Positions 7,412 to 14,779 of a stretch of DNA of 32,000 nucleotides are shown in pieces. The stretch spans positions 960,001 through 992,000 of the forward strand of contig MGBH01000001.1 of the NCBI GenBank assembly GCA_001790095.1. The letters run 5' to 3'. This stretch comes from Candidatus Saccharimonadota bacterium (GTDB taxonomy: Bacteria > Patescibacteriota > Microgenomatia > UBA1406 > GWC2-37-13). Made by a program: the position numbers and the translations under genes. The notes beneath the pieces were generated by a model. It searched no databases, was not told the DNA's origin, and was given only the letters and a program-made list of their open reading frames with translations. Positions within the stretch are counted from its first letter, which is position 1. Each line of letters starts with the position of its first letter.

Positions 7412-8661
7412 AGTCTATTTTCTGTTATCAATTTCCTCACATTCTCCATGAGGCGCTCCATAACCCACAAGTTGTGATATGTCGCAAGCGTACATCCTAA
7501 TATCTCCTTTTGCTTGAAAAGATGATGAAGATAGGCTTTTGTATAGTTTTTACACACCTGACACCCACATCCTTCATTTATTGACGTCAAGTCGGCCTTA
7601 TATATGCTTTTGTTAATATCAATCTGCGTTATAGAAGATTTCAAATTTGAACTGTCTATTTGAGTTTTGATATCTGAGATTTGATATATCGTTCCCATCC
7701 GCGCCAACCGTGTCGGCTCAACACAGTCAAACGTATCAATACCATACTTCACTAAATCGATTATGTCGTCAATATGGCCAACGCCAAGCAAATGTACAGG
7801 TTTATCTACAGGTAAATAGGGCGCAACCCATCTCACCTGATCCCTCATCTCCTCCTTGGTTTCTCCAACAGACACCCCACCTATTGCCACCCCATCAACA
7901 TCTTGGGATGTTACGAATTTAGCAGATGCGATGCGTAGGTCCTCATACGTGCCTCCCTGGATGATTCCATAGAGATACTGTTGGTTAATTTCCATTTTCC
8001 AATTTTCATTTTTCAATGAATTTTCAATTTTCAATTGATCATTGAATCTTAGATTTTGATTGATAATTGGTAACTGTAAATTGGTTTTTTTGTATGAAAT
8101 ACACCTTTTTAACCATTCATGCGTCCGCTTCATTGCTTTTTCTGCATATTCATGAGTCGCAGGATAATAAGTACATTCATCAAACGCCATCATAAGATCT
8201 GCTCCAATTGCTTTTTGATACTCCATAGATTTTTCCGGGGTAAACTCAATGATTTCTCCATCATAGACCGATCGAAACCTTACTCCATCCTCTGATATCT
8301 TAAGCATAAGAGGATCCTCATCCCCTCTCACATGAGCCTTGCGTTTTGAACTTTGTGCAAGAGAAAAAACCTGAAAACCACCGGAATCAGACATAAGAGG
8401 AATCTCGTATTTGGCAAGATTATGAATTCCTCCAACCTTTTGAAGCAACTCCATTCCCGGGTGAGTGATGAGATGATAAGTATTTACAAATGACATCTGT
8501 ATGCCTATTTCTTTTATAAAAGGTTGAGGCAGTGCTTTGATCGTACCTTTTGTCCCAACAGGTACAAATGCGGGGGTTAAAACAGTACCGTGGGCTGTGG
8601 TGATGGTCCCTGTACGAGATGCGGATTTTTTTGATCGTTTGTTTACTGTATAAAAAGACAT
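7408..8661 (-). CDS. tgt: Queuine/preQ1 tRNA-ribosyltransferase (tRNA-guanine transglycosylase) carrying an in-frame repeat-derived insert
   Basis: TPAFVPVGT, MSDSGGFQV, MAFDEC, GIIQGG, VAIGGVSVGE, LLGVG, and the zinc site CGCQVCKNYTKAYLHHL. There is an extra segment of about 30 aa (LQLPIINQNLRFNDQLKIENSLKNENWKME) just before the GIIQGG block. Confidence 0.93.
   Translation of the reverse strand: MSFYTVNKRSKKSASRTGTITTAHGTVLTPAFVPVGTKGTIKALPQPFIKEIGIQMSFVNTYHLITHPGMELLQKVGGIHNLAKYEIPLMSDSGGFQVFSLAQSSKRKAHVRGDEDPLMLKISEDGVRFRSVYDGEIIEFTPEKSMEYQKAIGADLMMAFDECTYYPATHEYAEKAMKRTHEWLKRCISYKKTNLQLPIINQNLRFNDQLKIENSLKNENWKMEINQQYLYGIIQGGTYEDLRIASAKFVTSQDVDGVAIGGVSVGETKEEMRDQVRWVAPYLPVDKPVHLLGVGHIDDIIDLVKYGIDTFDCVEPTRLARMGTIYQISDIKTQIDSSNLKSSITQIDINKSIYKADLTSINEGCGCQVCKNYTKAYLHHLFKQKEILGCTLATYHNLWVMERLMENVRKLITENRL
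7986..8073 (-). repeat. Family A element inside tgt, in frame
   Basis: The reverse complement reads taccaattatcaatcaaaatctaagattcaatgatcaattgaaaattgaaaattcattgaaaaatgaaaattggaaaatgg. It is colinear with the copy at 3099-3188. Confidence 0.8.
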
Positions 8662-8678
8662 AAAAGATATGATATCAC

Positions 8679-8716
8679 AAAAAAGGGCGCGGATTAATCT
8701 CGCGCGCCCATCTTAT
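8679..8716 (-). terminator. Rho-independent terminator downstream of the 8732..9199 gene
   Basis: GC stem gggcgcg (8685-8691) pairs with cgcgccc (8703-8709) around an 11-nt loop. On the minus strand it is followed by a run of six U (plus-strand A run at 8679-8684). Confidence 0.7.
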
Positions 8717-8731
8717 TTCAAATATTAAGAA

Positions 8732-9199
8732 TTATTTATAGTAGCTTTTTATTTGGAAAAGAATATACAAGCTTAAAAGTGTCCCTATGATCAACCCTCC
8801 TAGGTTAAAAGATATGAGACTATGCACTGCTTGGATAAGAGTGACATAAAACATGATATTCCAGGCGCTTTTCAAACGTTTGAAAAGCCCAGGGAGCGCA
8901 ATAAGCTCCATAACCAGGATAACAGCAGTAAAAATCATCGATAGAGAATAATTAAGCCCTGATCCTAAACCCCCAAGAAAGCCAAGAGGCATAAGTATAG
9001 TTCCTAACCCCAGGGCTCCAAGGATAATAGGAGCTGCCATAATCATGAGAATAAGAGTGATCCATGGACCAAATTTCACGATAGCCTCTTTTACACCATC
9101 TGGAAGACTCGGAGCTTTTTTAACAAGGTATTCCTCGCAGACTTTTTCAATATCACTTAAATATGATTTATAATCTTTAGACTTGGCTTGATCTGCCAT
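8732..9199 (-). CDS. Hypothetical integral membrane protein
   Basis: 155 aa. A charged N-terminus is followed by 3-4 Gly/Leu-rich TM helices. A clean terminator lies downstream. Confidence 0.6.
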   Translation of the reverse strand: MADQAKSKDYKSYLSDIEKVCEEYLVKKAPSLPDGVKEAIVKFGPWITLILMIMAAPIILGALGLGTILMPLGFLGGLGSGLNYSLSMIFTAVILVMELIALPGLFKRLKSAWNIMFYVTLIQAVHSLISFNLGGLIIGTLLSLYILFQIKSYYK

Positions 9200-9283
9200 A
9201 TGATTTATATATTAGCAACAATGATAATGGTGTGTTGCGCTATCTTGATGATAGGCCACAAAATGAGGAATGTCAATGGGTGA

Positions 9284-9940
9284 TTATCTATACTTATCTC
9301 TTGCTCCTGGAGTGGCACTAGGTGCTTTTCTAGTAGGATTAGGATTCTCATCTCCTGGTGGCACCCCAGAATCTGAAACTGAACTACTAGATGAGCTTGA
9401 TTCTCCTGATGATGGTACTTTTTCAATCCAGAAAGTATTCAGAAGAGATCTTTCAGTACTTACTCTCCAAATGTCTTTTAATCCTTCATCAATGACAAAG
9501 GTGTTGTCTATGTCTCCACTGACAACACTAAAGTGCGTTATTTCTTCATCAAAAGGGAAGTTATATCTACCTGAATTTGGATAACTAATCGCTGAATCAT
9601 AATTTGCATTGTCATCACCATATACTATAACGATTGGGTCATCTCCCCCATTGGGGTCTTTTTGAAGACTGATACAATAGGTTCCGCAAGCTTGACCGCT
9701 TTCTATTACCCATGTGGTAACATTGCCTGCTGGTCCATCTGTATCTTGTGGATTGGTATATGACTTCACCCTTTCAAGAATGGTAGCATTATCTCCTGAT
9801 TTTCCAAAACCCGCTCTGCTATTTAATGATATTGTCTTTCCGCTTATCGACTGAAATACAACTACGCTTGCGATACAAAAAAGAATGATGCAGATAGCGA
9901 CAAAAAATGTTTTTTGAAAGCAGAGTTTATTGGTTGTCAT
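9284..9940 (-). CDS. Hypothetical secreted or membrane-anchored protein with a Ser-rich tail
   Basis: 218 aa with an N-terminal hydrophobic anchor (FFVAICIILFCIASVVVF) and a C-terminal SSGESSSSSSSVSDSG tract. The opposite-strand ORFs 9205..9426 and 9270..9584 are judged spurious. Confidence 0.55.
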   Translation of the reverse strand: MTTNKLCFQKTFFVAICIILFCIASVVVFQSISGKTISLNSRAGFGKSGDNATILERVKSYTNPQDTDGPAGNVTTWVIESGQACGTYCISLQKDPNGGDDPIVIVYGDDNANYDSAISYPNSGRYNFPFDEEITHFSVVSGDIDNTFVIDEGLKDIWRVSTERSLLNTFWIEKVPSSGESSSSSSSVSDSGVPPGDENPNPTRKAPSATPGARDKYR

Positions 9941-10041
9941 AAAAAGCCGTTAGTTAAAATAACGTAATAATTGGTAATCATTTCATTATAATCAAAGATT
10001 TCTTCTTTTGTCAAATAGCATTGTTTAGCATGGACATAAGC

Positions 10042-11127
10042 CTATATAATCAGCATCGCATCCCCGAATGAATAGAACCGAAAGTCTTTCTGCATCGCAA
10101 TGTTATAGAGATCTACCAAGCTCCTCTTCACCCCTTTATGTTGAAGAAATGCTTGGACTAACATCATAAGGGAGGAGCCCGGAAGATGAAAGTTGGTAAT
10201 AAGATGGTCAACCATCTGGAACCTGTACGGTGGGTAAATAAACAAATCCGTTTTGCCTCGCCCATCGAAGCCCTTTGATTCGGAGGGCGAAGTTGGGACA
10301 TTTGACATTTGAGATTTGAGATTTGCATACGTTTCAAGTGTCCGCGCGACTGTCGTTCCCACGGCTACCAGCTTTTTTCCTTCTTCTTTTAATCTATCGA
10401 TAGACTTGGCTGTTTTAGCCGATATTTCATACCATTCTTCATGCAGCTTTTTTTCTGTGAAATTTTGCTTTGTCAGGGGAGCAAATGTCCCCATACCCAC
10501 ATGCAGGGTAACAAAAGTATGCGGGATTTTCTTCTTTTCAAGCTTTTTAAATACCTGTTTTGTAAAATGAAGCGATGCGGTGGGAGCAGCGGATGAACCC
10601 TCATAGCGGGCAAATATTGCCTGATATTTTTCCCTCAGCTCCTTGTCTTTGAGGGGTGTATTTTTAATATAAAGGGGTATCGGCATGGTCCCCTTTTCTT
10701 TTAAGAGTTCAAAGAGGCGGGCTTTGGAAAAAGAAAAAGTAACGGTAAATATGTGTACATCTTGATCTATAACCTCTACAAATTCATCATCATTAAAATA
10801 GAGTTTATCACCGATCCTGATCTTTCTATCTATAAAAAAGCGCATTACATATGGATTTGCCGTTTGTTCGTTTACTAAAAATAAAGCCTTTGCTTTACCG
10901 CTTGGCTTTTTGTAAAGAGTTACGCGGGACGGAAGTACTTTTGTCTCATTCAAAACCAGAAAAGATTGCTTCGGAAGAAAACGGTCAAGATGATAGAAAT
11001 AATCGCATGTTACTTTATCTTTATGCGTATCGTAGATCAGCATACGGCTGTTATCACGCGGCTCTGCAGGTTTTGTAGCAATAAAATCAGTAGGTAAATC
11101 ATACTGATAGTCTGTTATGTCAAGCAT
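10042..11127 (-). CDS. queA: S-adenosylmethionine:tRNA ribosyltransferase-isomerase
   Basis: Y.LP...IA..P..PRD.SR(M)L start block, SSAAPTASLHFT, VTLHVGMGTF.P, VAVGTTVARTLE, LITNFHLPGSSLMMLVQAF. Confidence 0.92.
   Translation of the reverse strand: MLDITDYQYDLPTDFIATKPAEPRDNSRMLIYDTHKDKVTCDYFYHLDRFLPKQSFLVLNETKVLPSRVTLYKKPSGKAKALFLVNEQTANPYVMRFFIDRKIRIGDKLYFNDDEFVEVIDQDVHIFTVTFSFSKARLFELLKEKGTMPIPLYIKNTPLKDKELREKYQAIFARYEGSSAAPTASLHFTKQVFKKLEKKKIPHTFVTLHVGMGTFAPLTKQNFTEKKLHEEWYEISAKTAKSIDRLKEEGKKLVAVGTTVARTLETYANLKSQMSNVPTSPSESKGFDGRGKTDLFIYPPYRFQMVDHLITNFHLPGSSLMMLVQAFLQHKGVKRSLVDLYNIAMQKDFRFYSFGDAMLII
10289..10316. repeat. Imperfect heptanucleotide tandem repeat (acatttg x2, agatttg x2) inside queA
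   Basis: Read directly: acatttgacatttgagatttgagatttg. It is translated on the minus strand as ANLKSQMSNV. Confidence 0.8.
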
Positions 11128-11148
11128 ACCGCTTATTCTATCATACCG

Positions 11149-12948
11149 TCACATCGTGCTTGGTGGACCGTGAGTTTTCTTAAAATGAATTACCAACCAA
11201 ACCGAAACCCCAATGAGAATGACAAGGGCAAGGATAAGAAAAATCGCTTGGATAAATATTTTGTTGGTTAATTCTGTGATTTTGGTATCTTTTTGAGTCA
11301 CTTTTGCCCCTGCACCTGCGCCGGTTGTGTCTATCGTATCGCTTGTTTCTTTCGTAATGCTTGGGGTGTTTTTCTTTGGAGACAGGGTGGGTGCGATATT
11401 ATTTTTTGCATCTTTTCCGACAAATGGATTGATTTGTTGCTCTGCAATATATTTTTGATTCTGTGCAAGAAACACCGATGGTTTTGTATTTATTACTTTT
11501 CCGTCAGCGGTCGTATACCGTATCTCATACGGAAATGAGGGAAGATACTCTGATGAGAACTTAAAAAAACCATTGTTGTCTGCGGTCTTTTGTGAATATG
11601 CTTTGTTTGAAAACTGCAGATATACTCCAACTGCCGCATTCGGTATCACCTTTCCGCCTGCATCATAGGCCACTCCTTCAAGGTATTGAGGGATCGGTTC
11701 AAATTTTACAATAGAATTATCACGTTGTGCAGCGCTTACTGACTTGACAATACCGTTTTTTTTAGTGATTGGTTGGCGAAGATCCACCTTGACAAGTTCA
11801 AGTTCAGAAAATATCTCCATGTTTTTGGGATCTTTTTTAAATGAATTTTGATCTATCTCAATATTGAATCTGCCAAATGCATCACTTTGAAACTTCAAAA
11901 CAGAGCTTGGCAGTCCTGTTGATACAAAATTCATCTTTGCATTGAGTTTGGTCAACGGATGAGAAACCTGACCGTCTATAATGATAAGGCCCTGAGGGGT
12001 AGAACGATAAAAATATTCCATCATCTTCACTGGGTTGTTGGTGTTTAGAGTAGCTACCGCAATATCTCTGTGTACGATCTCCCCTTGCTGCTCGATTAAC
12101 TCTTCATTTTGTACAAGATATATATCTGAATAAGCCTTTGCATAATTTGGATCTATGATGTTTGCATCAACAAGTGGGACCGGATTTGAAAGAAGTCTGT
12201 ACTCCCCGTCCGGCACCACAAAACTAAATGCACCATCTTCTTTGACGGTCTGGGGGTTTTGGATATTGCCTCCCGGCAGATCTAAGGCTGTCATATCAAC
12301 AAAGGTACCTCCCTTTTTAATCTGGAGCGTGACCTTGGAGCCTCGTACTGGTTCAAGAGTACCTGCGTCAAACACTCGCCCGTATGGATCCCATGCGATC
12401 TTTGCGCAGTCTTTTTCTGCGGTCTCAAAATCAAAGGTACCTTGCTGTTGTCCCCCTGCCGCGCCAATCGGAGCAGTGGTCGGATCCCAGTAGTTCATCG
12501 CATACCATCTTCTGTCGTGCCCTTCAGGTGTGGAATCTTTCCATTCGTAAGCGCCTCCCCATTCTGTGGGATTGGAGGCTGGGGTGGATCCATTTGATTC
12601 GAATAACCCTTCAAAAACATATTGCAAATCCGTTTGAAGGGTAGCAATGTTTGATTGTTTATATACCACCATGTCTTGTGCTTCGCTGCCTGTAGTACAG
12701 ATTTGAGAGGTTGCTGTGGATACGCACTCTACAATATAGGTAGGAGTACCTGTCAGCGGTTCAAAACCTGATTTGGCGGTGAGCCTTGCTCTATGACCGT
12801 CAGAAACAGAACAAGAGTTTGGGTCTTTCCAACAATGTTCAGATTCTAGACACACCCAGCGTTCTGTTTGCGCAGACTGAGCATGAGCAAAGGGAGTAAA
12901 AATGCATACTAACAAAAAGGTTGCGACAAAAAACATTATTTTTTTCAT
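11149..12948 (-). CDS. Large secreted or cell-surface protein with a C-terminal membrane anchor
   Basis: The track ORF extends to 13068, but its first 40 codons read through a palindromic repeat (RKGGNP). The ATG at 12948 gives a classic signal peptide, MKKIMFFVATFLLVCIFTPFAHAQSA. A C-terminal TM (IFIQAIFLILALVILIGVSVWLVIHF) is preceded by a Thr/Gly/Ala linker. Central beta-rich segments (e.g. VTLQIKKGG...DGAFSFVVPDGEYRL) resemble carboxypeptidase-regulatory/Cna-B-like repeats. Confidence 0.7.
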   Translation of the reverse strand: MKKIMFFVATFLLVCIFTPFAHAQSAQTERWVCLESEHCWKDPNSCSVSDGHRARLTAKSGFEPLTGTPTYIVECVSTATSQICTTGSEAQDMVVYKQSNIATLQTDLQYVFEGLFESNGSTPASNPTEWGGAYEWKDSTPEGHDRRWYAMNYWDPTTAPIGAAGGQQQGTFDFETAEKDCAKIAWDPYGRVFDAGTLEPVRGSKVTLQIKKGGTFVDMTALDLPGGNIQNPQTVKEDGAFSFVVPDGEYRLLSNPVPLVDANIIDPNYAKAYSDIYLVQNEELIEQQGEIVHRDIAVATLNTNNPVKMMEYFYRSTPQGLIIIDGQVSHPLTKLNAKMNFVSTGLPSSVLKFQSDAFGRFNIEIDQNSFKKDPKNMEIFSELELVKVDLRQPITKKNGIVKSVSAAQRDNSIVKFEPIPQYLEGVAYDAGGKVIPNAAVGVYLQFSNKAYSQKTADNNGFFKFSSEYLPSFPYEIRYTTADGKVINTKPSVFLAQNQKYIAEQQINPFVGKDAKNNIAPTLSPKKNTPSITKETSDTIDTTGAGAGAKVTQKDTKITELTNKIFIQAIFLILALVILIGVSVWLVIHFKKTHGPPSTM

Positions 12949-13023
12949 ATTTTCATGATAGAAGATTTGTACTAAAGAATCAAGAGAGTTAAATCTGTCA
13001 TCCCCATAAGTATTGAAATGGTA

Positions 13024-13053
13024 GCATGGATTCCCGCCTTTGCGGGAATAACG
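13024..13053 (-). repeat. Family B palindromic element (short form)
   Basis: gcatggattcccgcctttgcgggaataacg. It has the same attcccgc/gcgggaat hairpin. Confidence 0.8.
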
Positions 13054-13107
13054 GTATAAGAATACCAAAGTAAGTCATTTGAGCTCAGTAAAATATTTTA
13101 TTGTTTT

Positions 13108-13142
13108 CTGTCATCCCCGCGTTAGAGTGGATTAAGTCTATA
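13108..13142 (+). repeat. Family B palindromic element, degenerate right arm
   Basis: ctgtcatccccgcgttagagtggattaagtctata keeps the TGTCATCCCCG start and the AGTCTATA end. Confidence 0.65.
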
Positions 13143-13163
13143 TTTAATATCTTTAATAGAGAT

Positions 13164-13222
13164 AAGTCATCCCCGTGAGTCAAGGACTTCCCTTTGGGAA
13201 AGACGGGGATCCAGTCTATAAT
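13164..13222 (+). repeat. Family B palindromic element (long form), immediately upstream of the GIY-YIG gene
   Basis: aagtcatccccgtgag...cttccctttgggaaag...acggggatccagtctataat. The outer stem is atccccgt/acggggat, there is an inner hairpin cttccc/gggaag, and the element ends in TATAAT. Confidence 0.85.
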
Positions 13223-13231
13223 AACCTTAAT

Positions 13232-13516
13232 ATGTTTGAAAAAACGTTTTATGTTTACATCCTATCTTCTCAAAAAAATGGAACACTGTATGTTGGAGTA
13301 ACAAACAATCTTATGAAGCGCATTTGGGAACATAAAAATAAATTGGTTGATGGGTTTACTAAAAAATATGAAATTCACCATTTGGTTTACTATGAAATAC
13401 ATGATAATCCAGAATCGGCAATACAGCGAGAAAAACAAATAAAGAAATGGAATCGTCTATGGAAAATCAGATTGATAGAAGAAAAGAATCCTGAGTGGAA
13501 AGATTTGTATATTTAG
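13232..13516 (+). CDS. Stand-alone GIY-YIG nuclease superfamily protein (UPF0213/COG2827-like)
   Basis: FYVYILSSQKNGTLYVGVTNNLMKRIWEHK ... GFTKKYEIHHLVYYE ... AIQREKQIKKW matches the GIY-(10)-YVG, R..EH and E..IK blocks. The track start at 13175 reads through a repeat. The ATG at 13232 follows a TATAAT supplied by the repeat end. Confidence 0.85.
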   Translation: MFEKTFYVYILSSQKNGTLYVGVTNNLMKRIWEHKNKLVDGFTKKYEIHHLVYYEIHDNPESAIQREKQIKKWNRLWKIRLIEEKNPEWKDLYI

Positions 13517-13545
13517 TCTGGATTCCCGCCTTCGCGGGAATGACA
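13514..13545 (-). repeat. Family B palindromic element immediately downstream of the GIY-YIG gene, in inverted orientation; contains its TAG stop
   Basis: tagtctggattcccgccttcgcgggaatgaca. Confidence 0.9.
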
Positions 13546-13602
13546 ATGCAAATAAGTAACGTTGTAAGCTACGAGGTATATGATAACCATCATATATTTC
13601 TT

Positions 13603-13638
13603 TGTCATCCTCGGGCTTGGCCCGGGGATCCAGACTAT
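13603..13638 (+). repeat. Family B palindromic element
   Basis: tgtcatcctcgggcttggcccggggatccagactat. Confidence 0.8.
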
Positions 13639-13654
13639 GATTACAGATCAGATT

Positions 13655-13798
13655 CACCCTCATCTCCTAGACGATAAGATATGTATCATCTCAGAGATGA
13701 GGGTGTTGTGGTAGTTGGAATCAGATTTTGAGCCATGGTTGGGCTAGTCTCGCAAGATGCGAGACTCAATCCATGGCACTGTGCCACACACAACACCC
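13655..13798. other. Nested-stem structured element (candidate ncRNA or DNA cruciform) between the repeat cluster and the lipoprotein gene
   Basis: Four perfect stems can be read directly: caccctcatctc (13655-13666) with gagatgagggtg (13694-13705); gggtgttgtg (13701-13710) with cacaacaccc (13789-13798); gccatgg (13732-13738) with ccatggc (13771-13777); and agtctcgca (13746-13754) with tgcgagact (13758-13766). Confidence 0.5.
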
Positions 13799-13814
13799 TA
13801 CATCGGATGGAATT

Positions 13815-14348
13815 TTACTTGACGCGAGCCCACCAGTCATACAAATTGAGATAGGCCTTGCCCGACTCAAAACTGATAAAGCCCACACTCATCTCATCTT
13901 CATCGTTACAACCGCTGACGAGGTATTGATCACCCTGGTGATAAACTTCTCCCGTGAGGGTTATTTCCCATTCCCCAACATTATTCTGCGTTGGTCTTTC
14001 ATCAACGTAGATAATGATTGTAACGTCATACAACCACCCAGCATCAATACAGGCGTTTGTATACTCTACCTTATAGGGCGACCTCTCCATCGTTAACTCG
14101 CGCTTCTCAACAACAGTTGATAGCGCGTATTCGGGGGAAGAACAGATCATGGGAGGGTGACATTCAGGCGTGATTGACGGAGCGGGGGGTTGAGGGGTGG
14201 ACGGAATGGCTGTGGGTTGTGGCTGCGGAGTTGATTCATTGGTCGGGACCGACGGTTGCGGTTCCGGAGTTGATACGGGGCTACCAAAGCATGCGCTTAT
14301 CAGCGTAGCAATAAGTAGCAAGCAAGCAACATTATACAGTTTCTTCAT
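13815..14348 (-). CDS. Lipoprotein with a Pro-rich linker
   Basis: The signal peptide plus lipobox is MKKLYNVACLLLIATLISAC. This is followed by a PQPxP-rich linker and a Cys-containing globular domain. It is preceded by a canonical AAGGAG 6 nt before the ATG, and it is visibly GC-richer than its neighbours. Confidence 0.7.
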   Translation of the reverse strand: MKKLYNVACLLLIATLISACFGSPVSTPEPQPSVPTNESTPQPQPTAIPSTPQPPAPSITPECHPPMICSSPEYALSTVVEKRELTMERSPYKVEYTNACIDAGWLYDVTIIIYVDERPTQNNVGEWEITLTGEVYHQGDQYLVSGCNDEDEMSVGFISFESGKAYLNLYDWWARVK

Positions 14349-14779
14349 AATTAACTCCTTATACTTCGTTTGATGGGTTGATAGAAATACATGCAGTTTT
14401 TTATCTTATATCATCTTATACTTGTCTCCTTTCTTCATCAATTCAATGATGAACTCCTATTTAAACACATAGAATAATCATGCGCTTAAAACGGAGTTCA
14501 TCACTTTAGAATAATTCCAACCGATGTTTTTTCAAAGAGCTTTTTAACCTGTTTTTTGATTTGCTTGTATCAAAAATGGTTAAAAAACAAAAAAATCCAT
14601 ACAACTACTGCAGAATGCTTATCTCTGCTTTGTTTATATCTTATAGTATTATATCACACCCATAGTGTATATGTATCAAATATGTATATTTAACCATCTA
14701 ATGACTCATTTTGTGCATGCCGCTGTTATTAGTTTGAAAATGAAGTTAAAGAAGAATTCAGAAGTAAAAAAAACAAAAA

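Noticed and set aside
9205-9584. The ORFs 9205..9426 (minus strand) and 9270..9584 (plus strand)
   Set aside because: They overlap the better-supported 9284..9940 secreted-protein ORF or its downstream spacer. They lack start context and motifs.
12949-13068. The 40-codon N-terminal extension of the 639-aa track ORF
   Set aside because: The extension reads through the family B palindromic repeat (RKGGNP). The internal ATG at 12948 gives a textbook signal peptide and is preceded by a -10-like box.
13024-13645. A possible CRISPR array, given several similar GC-rich palindromic repeats in about 600 bp
   Set aside because: The copies are in mixed orientation, differ in length (30 to 59 nt) and are irregularly spaced, and one spacer is a whole gene. 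No cas genes are present in the window.
13457-13677. The ORFs 13457..13663 (minus strand) and 13495..13677 (plus strand)
   Set aside because: Both are translations of the family B palindromic repeats (SFPRRRESR and IPAFAGMT peptides). They overlap each other and the GIY-YIG 3' end, so they are repeat artefacts.
13728-14096. The 122-aa plus-strand ORF
   Set aside because: It is antisense to the lipoprotein gene, which has a signal peptide, a lipobox and a strong SD. Its 5' part covers the structured noncoding element.
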